Translations under genes and position numbers: made by a program
Part shown: positions 52,854 to 60,688 of the stretch, piece by piece
How positions within the stretch are numbered: position 1 is the first letter of the stretch
Layout: every line of letters starts with the position of its first letter
DNA from: Candidatus Bathyarchaeia archaeon
GTDB lineage: Archaea > Thermoproteota > Bathyarchaeia > Bathyarchaeales > Bathycorpusculaceae
Direction of reading: 5' to 3'
NCBI GenBank assembly: GCA_037481775.1
Contig: JBBFKZ010000005.1
Span: forward strand, 1 to 64,000
DNA length: 64,000 nucleotides
The notes under the pieces: generated by a model
The model's database searches: none
Seen by the model: only the letters and a program-made list of their open reading frames with translations
Told to the model about the DNA's origin: nothing

Positions 52854-53198
52854 TTATAACGCAGATATAACAAAGGCGGCAAGCACTAAAATTATCCCAG
52901 TTGCAATCCATGTTCGCGCTTGTTTCTCTGCTTCTTTTTGACGCTGGGCTGTCCATGGTTTGGAATGAAACAAAATTTCGCTTATCTTGGAGCCTAAGGG
53001 CGAATAAAACGCAATGGCACCACCTACTGTGAGACCTATTCCACCCTCTAATAGCATGAGGAGCGCGAGTGCTGCGATTATTTGGTTTATGCCACCCTGA
53101 ACAGCGAAAATAAGCACAATATCTATTAAAATTACGATTAAGGAATAAATCAAGCTTCGAGCGAGTAGCTCTAACATCACTATCTTGGTAACCATCAC
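52854..53198 (-). CDS. Hypothetical membrane protein (3 TM)
   Basis: Hydrophobic ORF. Confidence 0.6.
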   Translation of the reverse strand: MMVTKIVMLELLARSLIYSLIVILIDIVLIFAVQGGINQIIAALALLMLLEGGIGLTVGGAIAFYSPLGSKISEILFHSKPWTAQRQKEAEKQARTWIATGIILVLAAFVISAL

Positions 53199-53333
53199 GT
53201 TCCGTCTTCACACATTCAATAAGGCTAATCCCGCCGCTTCATAGAAAAAGTAGTCGTCAACGAAAAAAGCTTTTTCCCAGCAAGCATTTACTGTTCAGAA
53301 GCTTAATATCCAGATAAAAACTATTCAAGAATC

Positions 53334-53540
53334 ATGCGAGAAACAAGAAAGAGATCTATAGCTAAGTCAATTGTGTGGCGTGTAATCTGCATAGTAGTAA
53401 GCATACTTACCTCGTTTCTTCTAACAAGCAGATGGGATGTTTCAGTTGCCATAGGCGGCATATACAATGCTATAACGATGATTCTGTATTACTTTCACGA
53501 AAGAATCTGGAACCTGATAAAATGGGGCATAACTGAATAG
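53334..53540 (+). CDS. DUF2061 small membrane protein
   Basis: RSIAKSIVWR...YYFHERIW..IKWG signature. Confidence 0.85.
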   Translation: MRETRKRSIAKSIVWRVICIVVSILTSFLLTSRWDVSVAIGGIYNAITMILYYFHERIWNLIKWGITE

Positions 53541-53665
53541 GCCTCCTGCTGCATAGGCGCTTTTAGTTGCTTTTGAAAAGGCAAATTTCTAAAGTTTGTT
53601 AGCATATTTTCTATATTAGCTATGAAAAACTAATTATGGCGGCAACCACAAACGTTTGAGCCGCC

Positions 53666-54898
53666 ATGCCCCTCGGAGAAATATTCAGCAATTATTCTGG
53701 TATGCCAAAAGAGGCCAAATATCTTATTTACGCCTCTATCGTGCCAGCAGTCGCCTACGGGTTAATATTCACTGACATATCCTATTTTCTCACCGTAATC
53801 CAGGGGCTTCCCGCGGACTTCGCGGGTCTTGTGATTTCCACAATGGGCATCTCAACCTTTGTTGCCAGCATTTTCCTCGGGATGGCCGCGGATGTCTATG
53901 GTAGAAAGAAAATGCTTATTGCAGGTAACTTGCTTGCAAGCGTAATCGTTGCAGTGTTAGCTTTGACTACAGACCCTGCCCTGCTAATAGTCGCGGCCAT
54001 CTTGGAAGGTGTCTCCGAAGCAGCGGTTACCGCGTCAAGCAGCGCGTTGCTCGCGGATAAAGTGGAGAATGAAAAGCGAACCAGCCTTTTCTCGTTGTAT
54101 GGTTTTGTCCAAAACCTCGCTTTTGCCCTAGGCAGCTTTGCGGTGCCGTTCGTGATATTTTTTGAGCTTTTCGGCTTTACAGATAAGGACAGCCACATAC
54201 TGCTCTATACACTAATAGCTATTTTGGGCGTGCTTTCCACGCTTATCATGCTTAAAGTAAGTGAATCGAAAAAACTAAAGAAACCCAAAGCAGGCGAAGC
54301 AAGTTTCCTTCCAAGAAAATCCATGAGCGTTTTGCTAAAATACGTTTTAACCGGCGCCATACTCGCTTTCGGTGCTGGCATGGTAGTTCCGCTTATGACG
54401 CTTTGGTTTAACCTGCAATATGGCATTTCAGATAAAATCAGCGCAACCATCTTGGCAGTAGCAAGCGTACTGATCGGTTTCGCCACACTTGTGTCGCCGT
54501 TAATTGCCAAAAAATTTGGGCTCGTAAAAGCCATAGTAATAACGCAGCTGGCATCGACCCTTTTCATGCTTCTGGTTCCCTTTTCACCTAACTACGCGTT
54601 AGCCGGATTCGTCTACGGAATAAGAGCACTTCTTATGAATATGGCTAGCCCACTATCGCAGTCTCTGATAATGGGTCTAGTCGCAGAGGATGAGCGCGGC
54701 GCAGTTTCCGGAATAAGCGGCGCATTATGGCGGCTGCCAAACGCCTTAAGCACCTTCATCGGCGCATGGCTAATGGGCATAGGACTATTAGCAGAGCCCT
54801 TCTTAATTGCCAGCCTATTATACGCGCTTTCCATAGTGCTGTTTTGGCATTACTTCAGGAATGTAAAGTTGCCTGAGGAAAAAGCTCCGCCACAGTAG
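53666..54898 (+). CDS. MFS transporter
   Basis: GMAADVYGRKK motif A; about 12 TM. Confidence 0.9.
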   Translation: MPLGEIFSNYSGMPKEAKYLIYASIVPAVAYGLIFTDISYFLTVIQGLPADFAGLVISTMGISTFVASIFLGMAADVYGRKKMLIAGNLLASVIVAVLALTTDPALLIVAAILEGVSEAAVTASSSALLADKVENEKRTSLFSLYGFVQNLAFALGSFAVPFVIFFELFGFTDKDSHILLYTLIAILGVLSTLIMLKVSESKKLKKPKAGEASFLPRKSMSVLLKYVLTGAILAFGAGMVVPLMTLWFNLQYGISDKISATILAVASVLIGFATLVSPLIAKKFGLVKAIVITQLASTLFMLLVPFSPNYALAGFVYGIRALLMNMASPLSQSLIMGLVAEDERGAVSGISGALWRLPNALSTFIGAWLMGIGLLAEPFLIASLLYALSIVLFWHYFRNVKLPEEKAPPQ

Positions 54899-55005
54899 AA
54901 GCCTGCTCGAAGGAAAGCTTTGGCAGGCATTATTTGCGGCAAAAGCCTTAAAGCGCGCTTAGCTCTGAGTTGAGGAACAAAGGTAATCGTCTATTGCAAA
55001 TTCAC

Positions 55006-55866
55006 ATGTCGGCTGGCATCAAGAAAAAAGCGGTGCTGTTTACAGTTCTAGCGGGTTTTCTATGGGGCACTTCGTTTCCCGCTATAAAAATTGGTTTACA
55101 GTACATGGACGCCTACACATTCGTCTTCCTAAGATTTCTCGTTGCTTCGCTGATCATGCTTGCAGTGATGCTGCTAACAAGGAACTTCCGTTTCAACAAG
55201 AAACGCTTGATTCTCTCCTTAGGCATAGTCAACGGCGTCGCTTATCTGCTCCAGTATCTGGGCATGGTTCACACTTCCGCCGCGGCGGCGTCGCTATACG
55301 TTAACCTCACCGTGATCTGGGTTGCCCTATTAAGCCCGCTGGCGCTAAAGGAGCGCTTAGGCGGCAAAAAAGCGGCAAGCGTGCTTGTAAGCCTCATAGG
55401 CGTAGTGCTGATGACAACAAACTTGGATTTTGCCTCGATAGGCACAGCGGCCACGATAGGAGGCTTCCTCGTCATCGGCGCGGGATTTCTCTGGGCCATA
55501 TTCATAATCTACAACAAATCGCTGGTCAACGAGAGCAGCAATTTAATTCAGTCTATGACTTGGCTGCTGGTCTTCACGATGCTGCCACTGCTTCCCCCTG
55601 CTGCTGTTTCAATAGCAAGCCTTGCTTCTTTACCCGCGGCTGCGTGGCTTGCCATAGTGTACACTGCGGTTTTCTGCTGGGTGATTCCCTACTACCTCTG
55701 GCTGAAGGGGCTGCGGCATATTTCGCCTGTAACTTCCACCGTGGTTCTTTTAACCGAAATAATAGTTGCCACGGCAATTTCCATGCTCTTTCTCGGAGAA
55801 GCCTTCACCTTTGTCTCCGGCATTGGCGCCCTCCTCATAATAATCGCCATTTTGCTTGCCTCGTAA
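55006..55866 (+). CDS. EamA/DMT family transporter
   Basis: LWGTSFPAIKIGL, LRF, KERL, LGE; about 10 TM. Confidence 0.9.
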   Translation: MSAGIKKKAVLFTVLAGFLWGTSFPAIKIGLQYMDAYTFVFLRFLVASLIMLAVMLLTRNFRFNKKRLILSLGIVNGVAYLLQYLGMVHTSAAAASLYVNLTVIWVALLSPLALKERLGGKKAASVLVSLIGVVLMTTNLDFASIGTAATIGGFLVIGAGFLWAIFIIYNKSLVNESSNLIQSMTWLLVFTMLPLLPPAAVSIASLASLPAAAWLAIVYTAVFCWVIPYYLWLKGLRHISPVTSTVVLLTEIIVATAISMLFLGEAFTFVSGIGALLIIIAILLAS

Positions 55867-55917
55867 GCAGGCAACATGCATTAAGGCTAATTAACTTATA
55901 GCCACTAAAAATAGTGT

Positions 55918-56997
55918 ATGGTAAACGAAATGTCCGCCAAAGAAATTATTGATCTGCGAAGCGATACAGTCACGTTGCCTACTGAAGAAATGCTGGAGGC
56001 CATTCGGCATGCGGAGCTAGGCGACGACGTTTTCAGAGAAGATCCAACAGTGAATAGGCTTGAAGCGTTGGCTGCCGAGAAAATGGGCAAGGAAGCAGCG
56101 CTTCTCGTTACAAGCGGAACCCAAGCTAACCTAGCCGCTTTGATGAGCAACACGAAACGCGGAGACCTCGTCATACTCGAGTCTGAATCGCACATTTACT
56201 GGTACGAGGTAGGCGGCATCTCCATGATAGCTGGGCTGCTTCCCTGGCCTGTTAAAAGCAGCTTTGGCGCGCCAACTACGGAAGACATAGAAGCTGCCAT
56301 ACGGCCGAGGGATATTCATATTCCCGAGCCTGCGCTTGTCTGCCTCGAGAACACGCATAACCGCCACGGCGGAACAATCATCACGCCTAGCCAGATCAAA
56401 GCAGTAAGCGGCGTTGCACAAGCGCATGGGCTGAAGCTTTACTTGGATGGCGCCCGCATATTTAATGCCGCCGTTGCGTTGGGTGTTGACGTCAAAGAGT
56501 TCACTCGGCATGTAGATAACCTTATGTTCTCCCTATCTAAGGGTCTCTGCTGCCCCGTCGGCTCGCTGCTGGTTGGCACACAAGAATTCATCGAGAAAGC
56601 GCGGAAAATCCGCAAGCTTCTAGGCGGCGGCATGCGGCAGGCAGGCATAATCGCGGCTCCAGGCATTGTGGCGCTGGAAACCATGATTGACCGCTTAGCT
56701 GAGGATCATCAGAACGCGCGGCGCCTAGCCGAGGGCATAGCCAGGCTCGGCGGGATCCAAATTGATCTGAGCCGCGTGCAAACGAACATCGTCTGCTTCG
56801 ACATTTCTGGTTTAGGCGTGTCTGCTAACGAGTTCCTTCTGCGGCTGAAGGCAAACGGCGTACTCGCCTTAGCCATGGGCAAGCATAAAGTGCGCTTGGT
56901 AACGCATAGGGGAATCGGCAGGGAGCACGTGGAAAAGGCAGTTGCCGCCATAGAAGCGGTAGCAAAAGTAGTGTCGCGAAATAAACTTAAATGTTGA
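55918..56997 (+). CDS. ltaE: Low-specificity L-threonine aldolase
   Basis: DLRSDTVT.P, GDDV, SGTQAN, LENTHN, DGAR, SKGL, GGGMRQAG. Confidence 0.95.
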   Translation: MVNEMSAKEIIDLRSDTVTLPTEEMLEAIRHAELGDDVFREDPTVNRLEALAAEKMGKEAALLVTSGTQANLAALMSNTKRGDLVILESESHIYWYEVGGISMIAGLLPWPVKSSFGAPTTEDIEAAIRPRDIHIPEPALVCLENTHNRHGGTIITPSQIKAVSGVAQAHGLKLYLDGARIFNAAVALGVDVKEFTRHVDNLMFSLSKGLCCPVGSLLVGTQEFIEKARKIRKLLGGGMRQAGIIAAPGIVALETMIDRLAEDHQNARRLAEGIARLGGIQIDLSRVQTNIVCFDISGLGVSANEFLLRLKANGVLALAMGKHKVRLVTHRGIGREHVEKAVAAIEAVAKVVSRNKLKC

Positions 56998-57040
56998 CTA
57001 TGCTAAAAAACAGTATGATCAAAGTTTATTGAAATAAATT

Positions 57041-57098
57041 TAGTTCACTGAACTATATCACAGTTCGGCGAGTATGATATTAAACTTAAGTTAAACTT
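57041..57098. promoter_or_regulatory. Palindromic operator-like sites upstream of the chelatase-like fragment
   Basis: TAGTTCA-C-TGAACTA (57041-57055), AACTTAAGTT (57083-57092) and AAGTT-A-AACTT (57088-57098) in an AT-rich promoter region. Confidence 0.4.
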
Positions 57099-57154
57099 TA
57101 ATTTAATAAAGTTTATAAAATGACCGCGCTTAACGTTTATCACTGTGATGAATT

Positions 57155-57397
57155 ATGAAGAAGGTAAAAGTAACGATGGTGGATTATGGGTTTAGACCTT
57201 CTCTCTATGAGGGAGTTAAGAAGGTCGATGAAGTTGTGGGAGGTTTGTTGAAATTTTATTTCTATGACACAAGAGATGTTGATGAGGGACTTGTTAATCT
57301 TGAAGCTTTCATTCGAGATCTTAAGGAGTCTCATATTGTTCTTCTTAATGTGATGGGTGGCGATAGGGTAAGCAAGGTTATATGTGAAACATTATAA
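57155..57397 (+). pseudogene. Probable N-terminal fragment of a CobN/BchH-type chelatase subunit
   Basis: Resembles from memory the N-terminus of archaeal chelatase H subunits (F..DL..SHIVLLNVMGG); only 80 aa and ends 65 bp before the CRISPR array. Confidence 0.4.
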
Positions 57398-57462
57398 AAC
57401 AGAAAGCATCGAGAAACTATGGGCTCAGATAATTAAAGAACTTGGATTCGAGCCAAGTATGT

Positions 57463-57652
57463 CTTTCAATTCCCTTTACTTGGGATTTTTCCTTGCATCT
57501 CAGGTGGTAGGGAGATCACAGGCATAGGCGTGAGCACGACTTTCAATTCCCTTTACTTGGGATTTTTCCTTGCATCTGAAGGCTAAGCCACAAGCCGCCT
57601 AACATGGCAAATATTCTTTCAATTCCCTTTACTTGGGATTTTTCCTTGCATC
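57463..57652 (-). CRISPR. CRISPR mini-array: 3 identical 37-bp repeats and 2 complete spacers (40 and 39 nt)
   Basis: Repeats at 57463-57499, 57540-57576 and 57616-57652. The minus strand reads GATGCAAGGAAAAATCCCAAGTAAAGGGAATTGAAAG, with the canonical ATTGAAAG end and a TCCC/GGGA hairpin. Confidence 0.95.
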
Positions 57653-57824
57653 TCAGCCGCGCCGTGGCTTCTGTTTTTCCTGAACCACAAGGCGCGCGAA
57701 GAACAACCGAATTGCCTCTAGCAATGTTTTCCACAGTTTTTAACTGATGTGAATAGGGTGCTTTCCCATCAAGAACAACTCTGAAGATTTCTTCTAACGA
57801 GAAGTTATCTATAACTCCACCCAT
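57653..57824 (-). pseudogene. cas3: Truncated cas3 helicase (N-terminus to Walker A only)
   Basis: PYSHQ (Q motif) and VVLRAPCGSGKTEA, then runs into the CRISPR repeat; lies downstream of cas6. Confidence 0.8.
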
Positions 57825-57940
57825 CAAATTACCTCGAGTTTTTTTCACTTCACTTTGGAAAGCCTTACTTCAACTATAAGTTCAAGCTATATATAGAGAG
57901 GGTATAAGTTTTACCTTGCAAACATCACCACGCTCCCTCA

Positions 57941-58731
57941 TCACAACTTTTTCTCAAGAAAACGCGCCACGCCGAATCCACCTGTGCGGTTGCCGCCAAC
58001 ATTTGCGTACTCCGCAAACTTAGCATTATTTTGTTCCATTTGCTTTCTTTATCCTTCACTTCATAAGTCACCCACCCAGCAAACCCTGTCGCCTTCTTCT
58101 TCCGCATAACCGCCAACCGCGTATGCAACTCGTACTCGCAAACGCCTACATTCTCACTCAACCATTCTTTATATGCTACGTACTCTTCCTTGCTAAACCG
58201 TCTACCGTCACTAAACAAGTTCCAAACACGTAGCAAACTCGAAAAAACTTTAACCGCATCGGGAAACATCCAGTGATAGCCACTGCCCAAACTCGCAAAA
58301 TACGTAGGCGCCCTAAACAAAAGCCTAAACCTCTCAACCGCTTGCGCTTCCTTCTCCAAATCCCCATAACTCTTACAGTTAACGCTTAAGCTGGCAATAC
58401 GGAAAACCGTGTCAAAAACCATCAAGCTGTTCTGCTTCTGAAAATAATTAAGGATAAACGTGCTATACTCATCCCGCAAAAACCTAAAATGCACAAAGCA
58501 AGGAGCCTGCGGATCCAACTCATAACCATCCTCAACACGACGCTTACTCTTAAACCGCAAAGGCGTAACGCTGTAAGGCTTCCGTGCATTTAACTCATGC
58601 AGCAAGCCCGACGCAGCAGGATCCACCATCCGCACAACATGCAACAACAAACCACGCGCTACATAACCAGTAAAAAACGGCAAAACCACAGGCTTCTCCG
58701 CATACATCTCCAACCCAATCGCAACAGGCAC
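57941..58731 (-). pseudogene. cas6: cas6 with frameshift near 58025 before the G-rich loop
   Basis: FTGYVARG, LHE...KPYSVTPL, GFAG; the C-terminal AKFAEYANVGGNRTGGFGV is in a different frame, ending at TGA 57941. Confidence 0.85.
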
Positions 58732-58839
58732 ACCAGTCAACTCCCTTCAATGGGATTACCAAGCACTATCAAGAAACAAAAACTTAAGACTTTTTCTTTT
58801 CGTTTTCCAACCAGAAGTAGTTGTCCGCAACGCGCAATT

Positions 58840-59347
58840 ACAAACTACAACAAAACAACCATAGAAAAACCCCACTCTCCTTCACAACTACCCTCCCGCA
58901 GTCTTCCAAAAACCAGCAAACCGCGCAGAAAGCTTCAAAGAAGTTATTATTAATGGCAAAATCAAAAAATAACTACCAACACAAACCCGCCCTGCTTCCA
59001 AACAGCAGCAGTAGAAGAAGAAAAAGACTGAAAAACCACTTCTTCTTCTTTCAATCAGAAGTTGTTATGCATAGCCTCTGTAACAACAAGCTCAAACAAA
59101 CAACTTCCACCTTCCGCCAATGGAAAGACACATAGAATATCACAAAACCAAAGTCCTCCTTCACCTCCCGCGTCTACTTGACCACAGGAACATCAAAAAC
59201 ACGCTGGTCTACACGCAGCTCAACAAACCAAAGACGAGGACTACGTCTGCAAAATAGCCGAAACAGTCCACTAAGCAAAAGACCTAATCGAGGCTGGATT
59301 TGAGTACGTATGTGAAATAGAAGACGCTCTTCAGAAAAAGAAACTAA
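58840..59347 (+). pseudogene. Highly decayed tyrosine integrase relic converging on the tRNA-Phe 3' end
   Basis: Fragments ESFKEVI, TFRQWKDT*EYHKTK, LLDHRNIKNTLVYTQL, KIAETVH*AKDLIEAGFEYVCE and LFRKRN* are colinear with the intact integrase at 59528-60685. Confidence 0.8.
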
Positions 59348-59389
59348 GCCTGAAACAAGATTCGCGAGCTGCCGCAGTTTTGTCTGTAG

Positions 59390-59463
59390 TGCCGAGGGCC
59401 GGGTTTGAACCGGCGACAACTCGGTCTTCAGCCGAGCGCTCTCCCAGGCTGAGCTACCTCGGC
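59390..59463 (-). tRNA. tRNA-Phe(GAA), no encoded CCA; integration hotspot
   Basis: GCCGAGG/CCTCGGC acceptor, CTCGG-CT-GAA-GA-CCGAG, GCCGG-TTCAAAC-CCGGC. Confidence 0.96.
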
Positions 59464-59527
59464 ACGTTTTTCCATGCTTTTTAGATGACCTCGGCGCTTT
59501 TCAGGCACCTTGGTGTTTTCGGCGTGT

Positions 59528-60685
59528 TCATTTACGTTTCCTCAAAAATATTAAGTTATCTTTTTGGCAGACATATTCAAAGCCTGCTTCAAGCAGTGTT
59601 ACTAATTCTTGCGGTGTCTGTGCAACCTTAACTGTGAATTCCTCGTTTCCATAGTCGGCAAAGATTTTCCGTTCTATATTCACGTACTTCTCTGTGTTCT
59701 TCATGCTCTTGTGTCCGAGAAAGTCGCGCACGTAAAGCGGGTCTTTGGTTTTATGGTAAAGCATGGTTGCCTTCCAATGTCTTATCATGTGGAAGCCTAT
59801 TTTCAGCAACCGCGGATTCTGCAGCTTATGCGCCTGCTTCTTTCGTAAAGTTAGGAAAGCGCCCTTTAAGCTGTCTGGCTTGCAGTCGAAGACTTTCTCG
59901 CTAGTTTTGGGTAAAGCGTTAAGCTGTGCTATAAGCTGAGGAGAAACCTTCCACATTCTCGGGTTGCTGCGCTTCTCAGGTTCATTCAGGGTTATGGTGC
60001 ATCTTTCAAAGTCAATGTCCGTCCACTTTATCCTCTGGGCTTCTCCGCGTCTCATAGCCGTCTCCTTAATCAGCAATAGGAAGGCGCTAAGTTTCCGTGG
60101 TGCAGCAGCGATTAGGCAGTCAATTTCCTGCTCAGTCGGGATGAGGGATGGTATGCTTTCGGGAACTGTGCATCTTGGCGGCTCCCATGTCATCTTATTC
60201 AGTTTTAGAAACATTGTGTAGGCGTTTATCACGTTTTTCCTGCGGTTAGGGCTCCACTTCTGTCTTGCAATTACGTCTTTGACGCTTTCGGGGTCGTATA
60301 GGTTTGCTCCTCTTTCGCTTAGCACTTTTAAGGCGATTCGGTTAAGCCGTATGGTTTCCTCGCTGTATCCCTGGCGCTTCATGTAGAGGCAGAGTTCCAG
60401 GATTTTTCCCTTGATTTCCTGTTCCTGTTTTCCCCTTTCTCCCGCGCAAGTTCGGGTTTCTTGCGCAGTGTCCAAGTTTTTCGCTCCGTAGGCGCATACT
60501 TGAACGGCTTCCTTTTCTGTCTGACATGAATTATAAGTTTTTTCGCTTTTCCCGCTGAACCTATAACCGCAGCTTCGGCATAGGTAACGCTGAACTGCCT
60601 CTCCGCTGCGCAGGTAACGAAGCCCATCACGATACAGCATCTCGGAACCACACACAGGGCAAGAAAGCGAAGAGGCAGCTTCCAT
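59528..60685 (-). CDS. Tyrosine recombinase/integrase with N-terminal zinc ribbon
   Basis: CPVCG...CRSCG; catalytic residues R (MRRGEA), K (EK), HxxR (HMIRHW), LGH and Y (EKY) all present. Confidence 0.93.
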   Translation of the reverse strand: MEAASSLSCPVCGSEMLYRDGLRYLRSGEAVQRYLCRSCGYRFSGKSEKTYNSCQTEKEAVQVCAYGAKNLDTAQETRTCAGERGKQEQEIKGKILELCLYMKRQGYSEETIRLNRIALKVLSERGANLYDPESVKDVIARQKWSPNRRKNVINAYTMFLKLNKMTWEPPRCTVPESIPSLIPTEQEIDCLIAAAPRKLSAFLLLIKETAMRRGEAQRIKWTDIDFERCTITLNEPEKRSNPRMWKVSPQLIAQLNALPKTSEKVFDCKPDSLKGAFLTLRKKQAHKLQNPRLLKIGFHMIRHWKATMLYHKTKDPLYVRDFLGHKSMKNTEKYVNIERKIFADYGNEEFTVKVAQTPQELVTLLEAGFEYVCQKDNLIFLRKRK

Positions 60686-60688
60686 AAG

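Noticed and set aside
57500-57615. Spacers targeting the neighbouring element or the host within this window
   Set aside because: No match seen by eye; an exhaustive search was not possible.
57543-57848. 101-aa ORF as a real protein
   Set aside because: It is a chimera of the cas3 stub reading into CRISPR repeats.
58597-59419. ORFs 58597-58953, 58821-59135 and 59174-59419
   Set aside because: Artefacts of skewed DNA and of the integrase relic.
57463-60685. CRISPR-associated transposon or RNA-guided integrase system
   Set aside because: cas6 and cas3 are broken, there are no cas7, cas5, cas8 or tniQ genes, and the intact integrase lies on the other side of the tRNA. Stacked islands explain the proximity.
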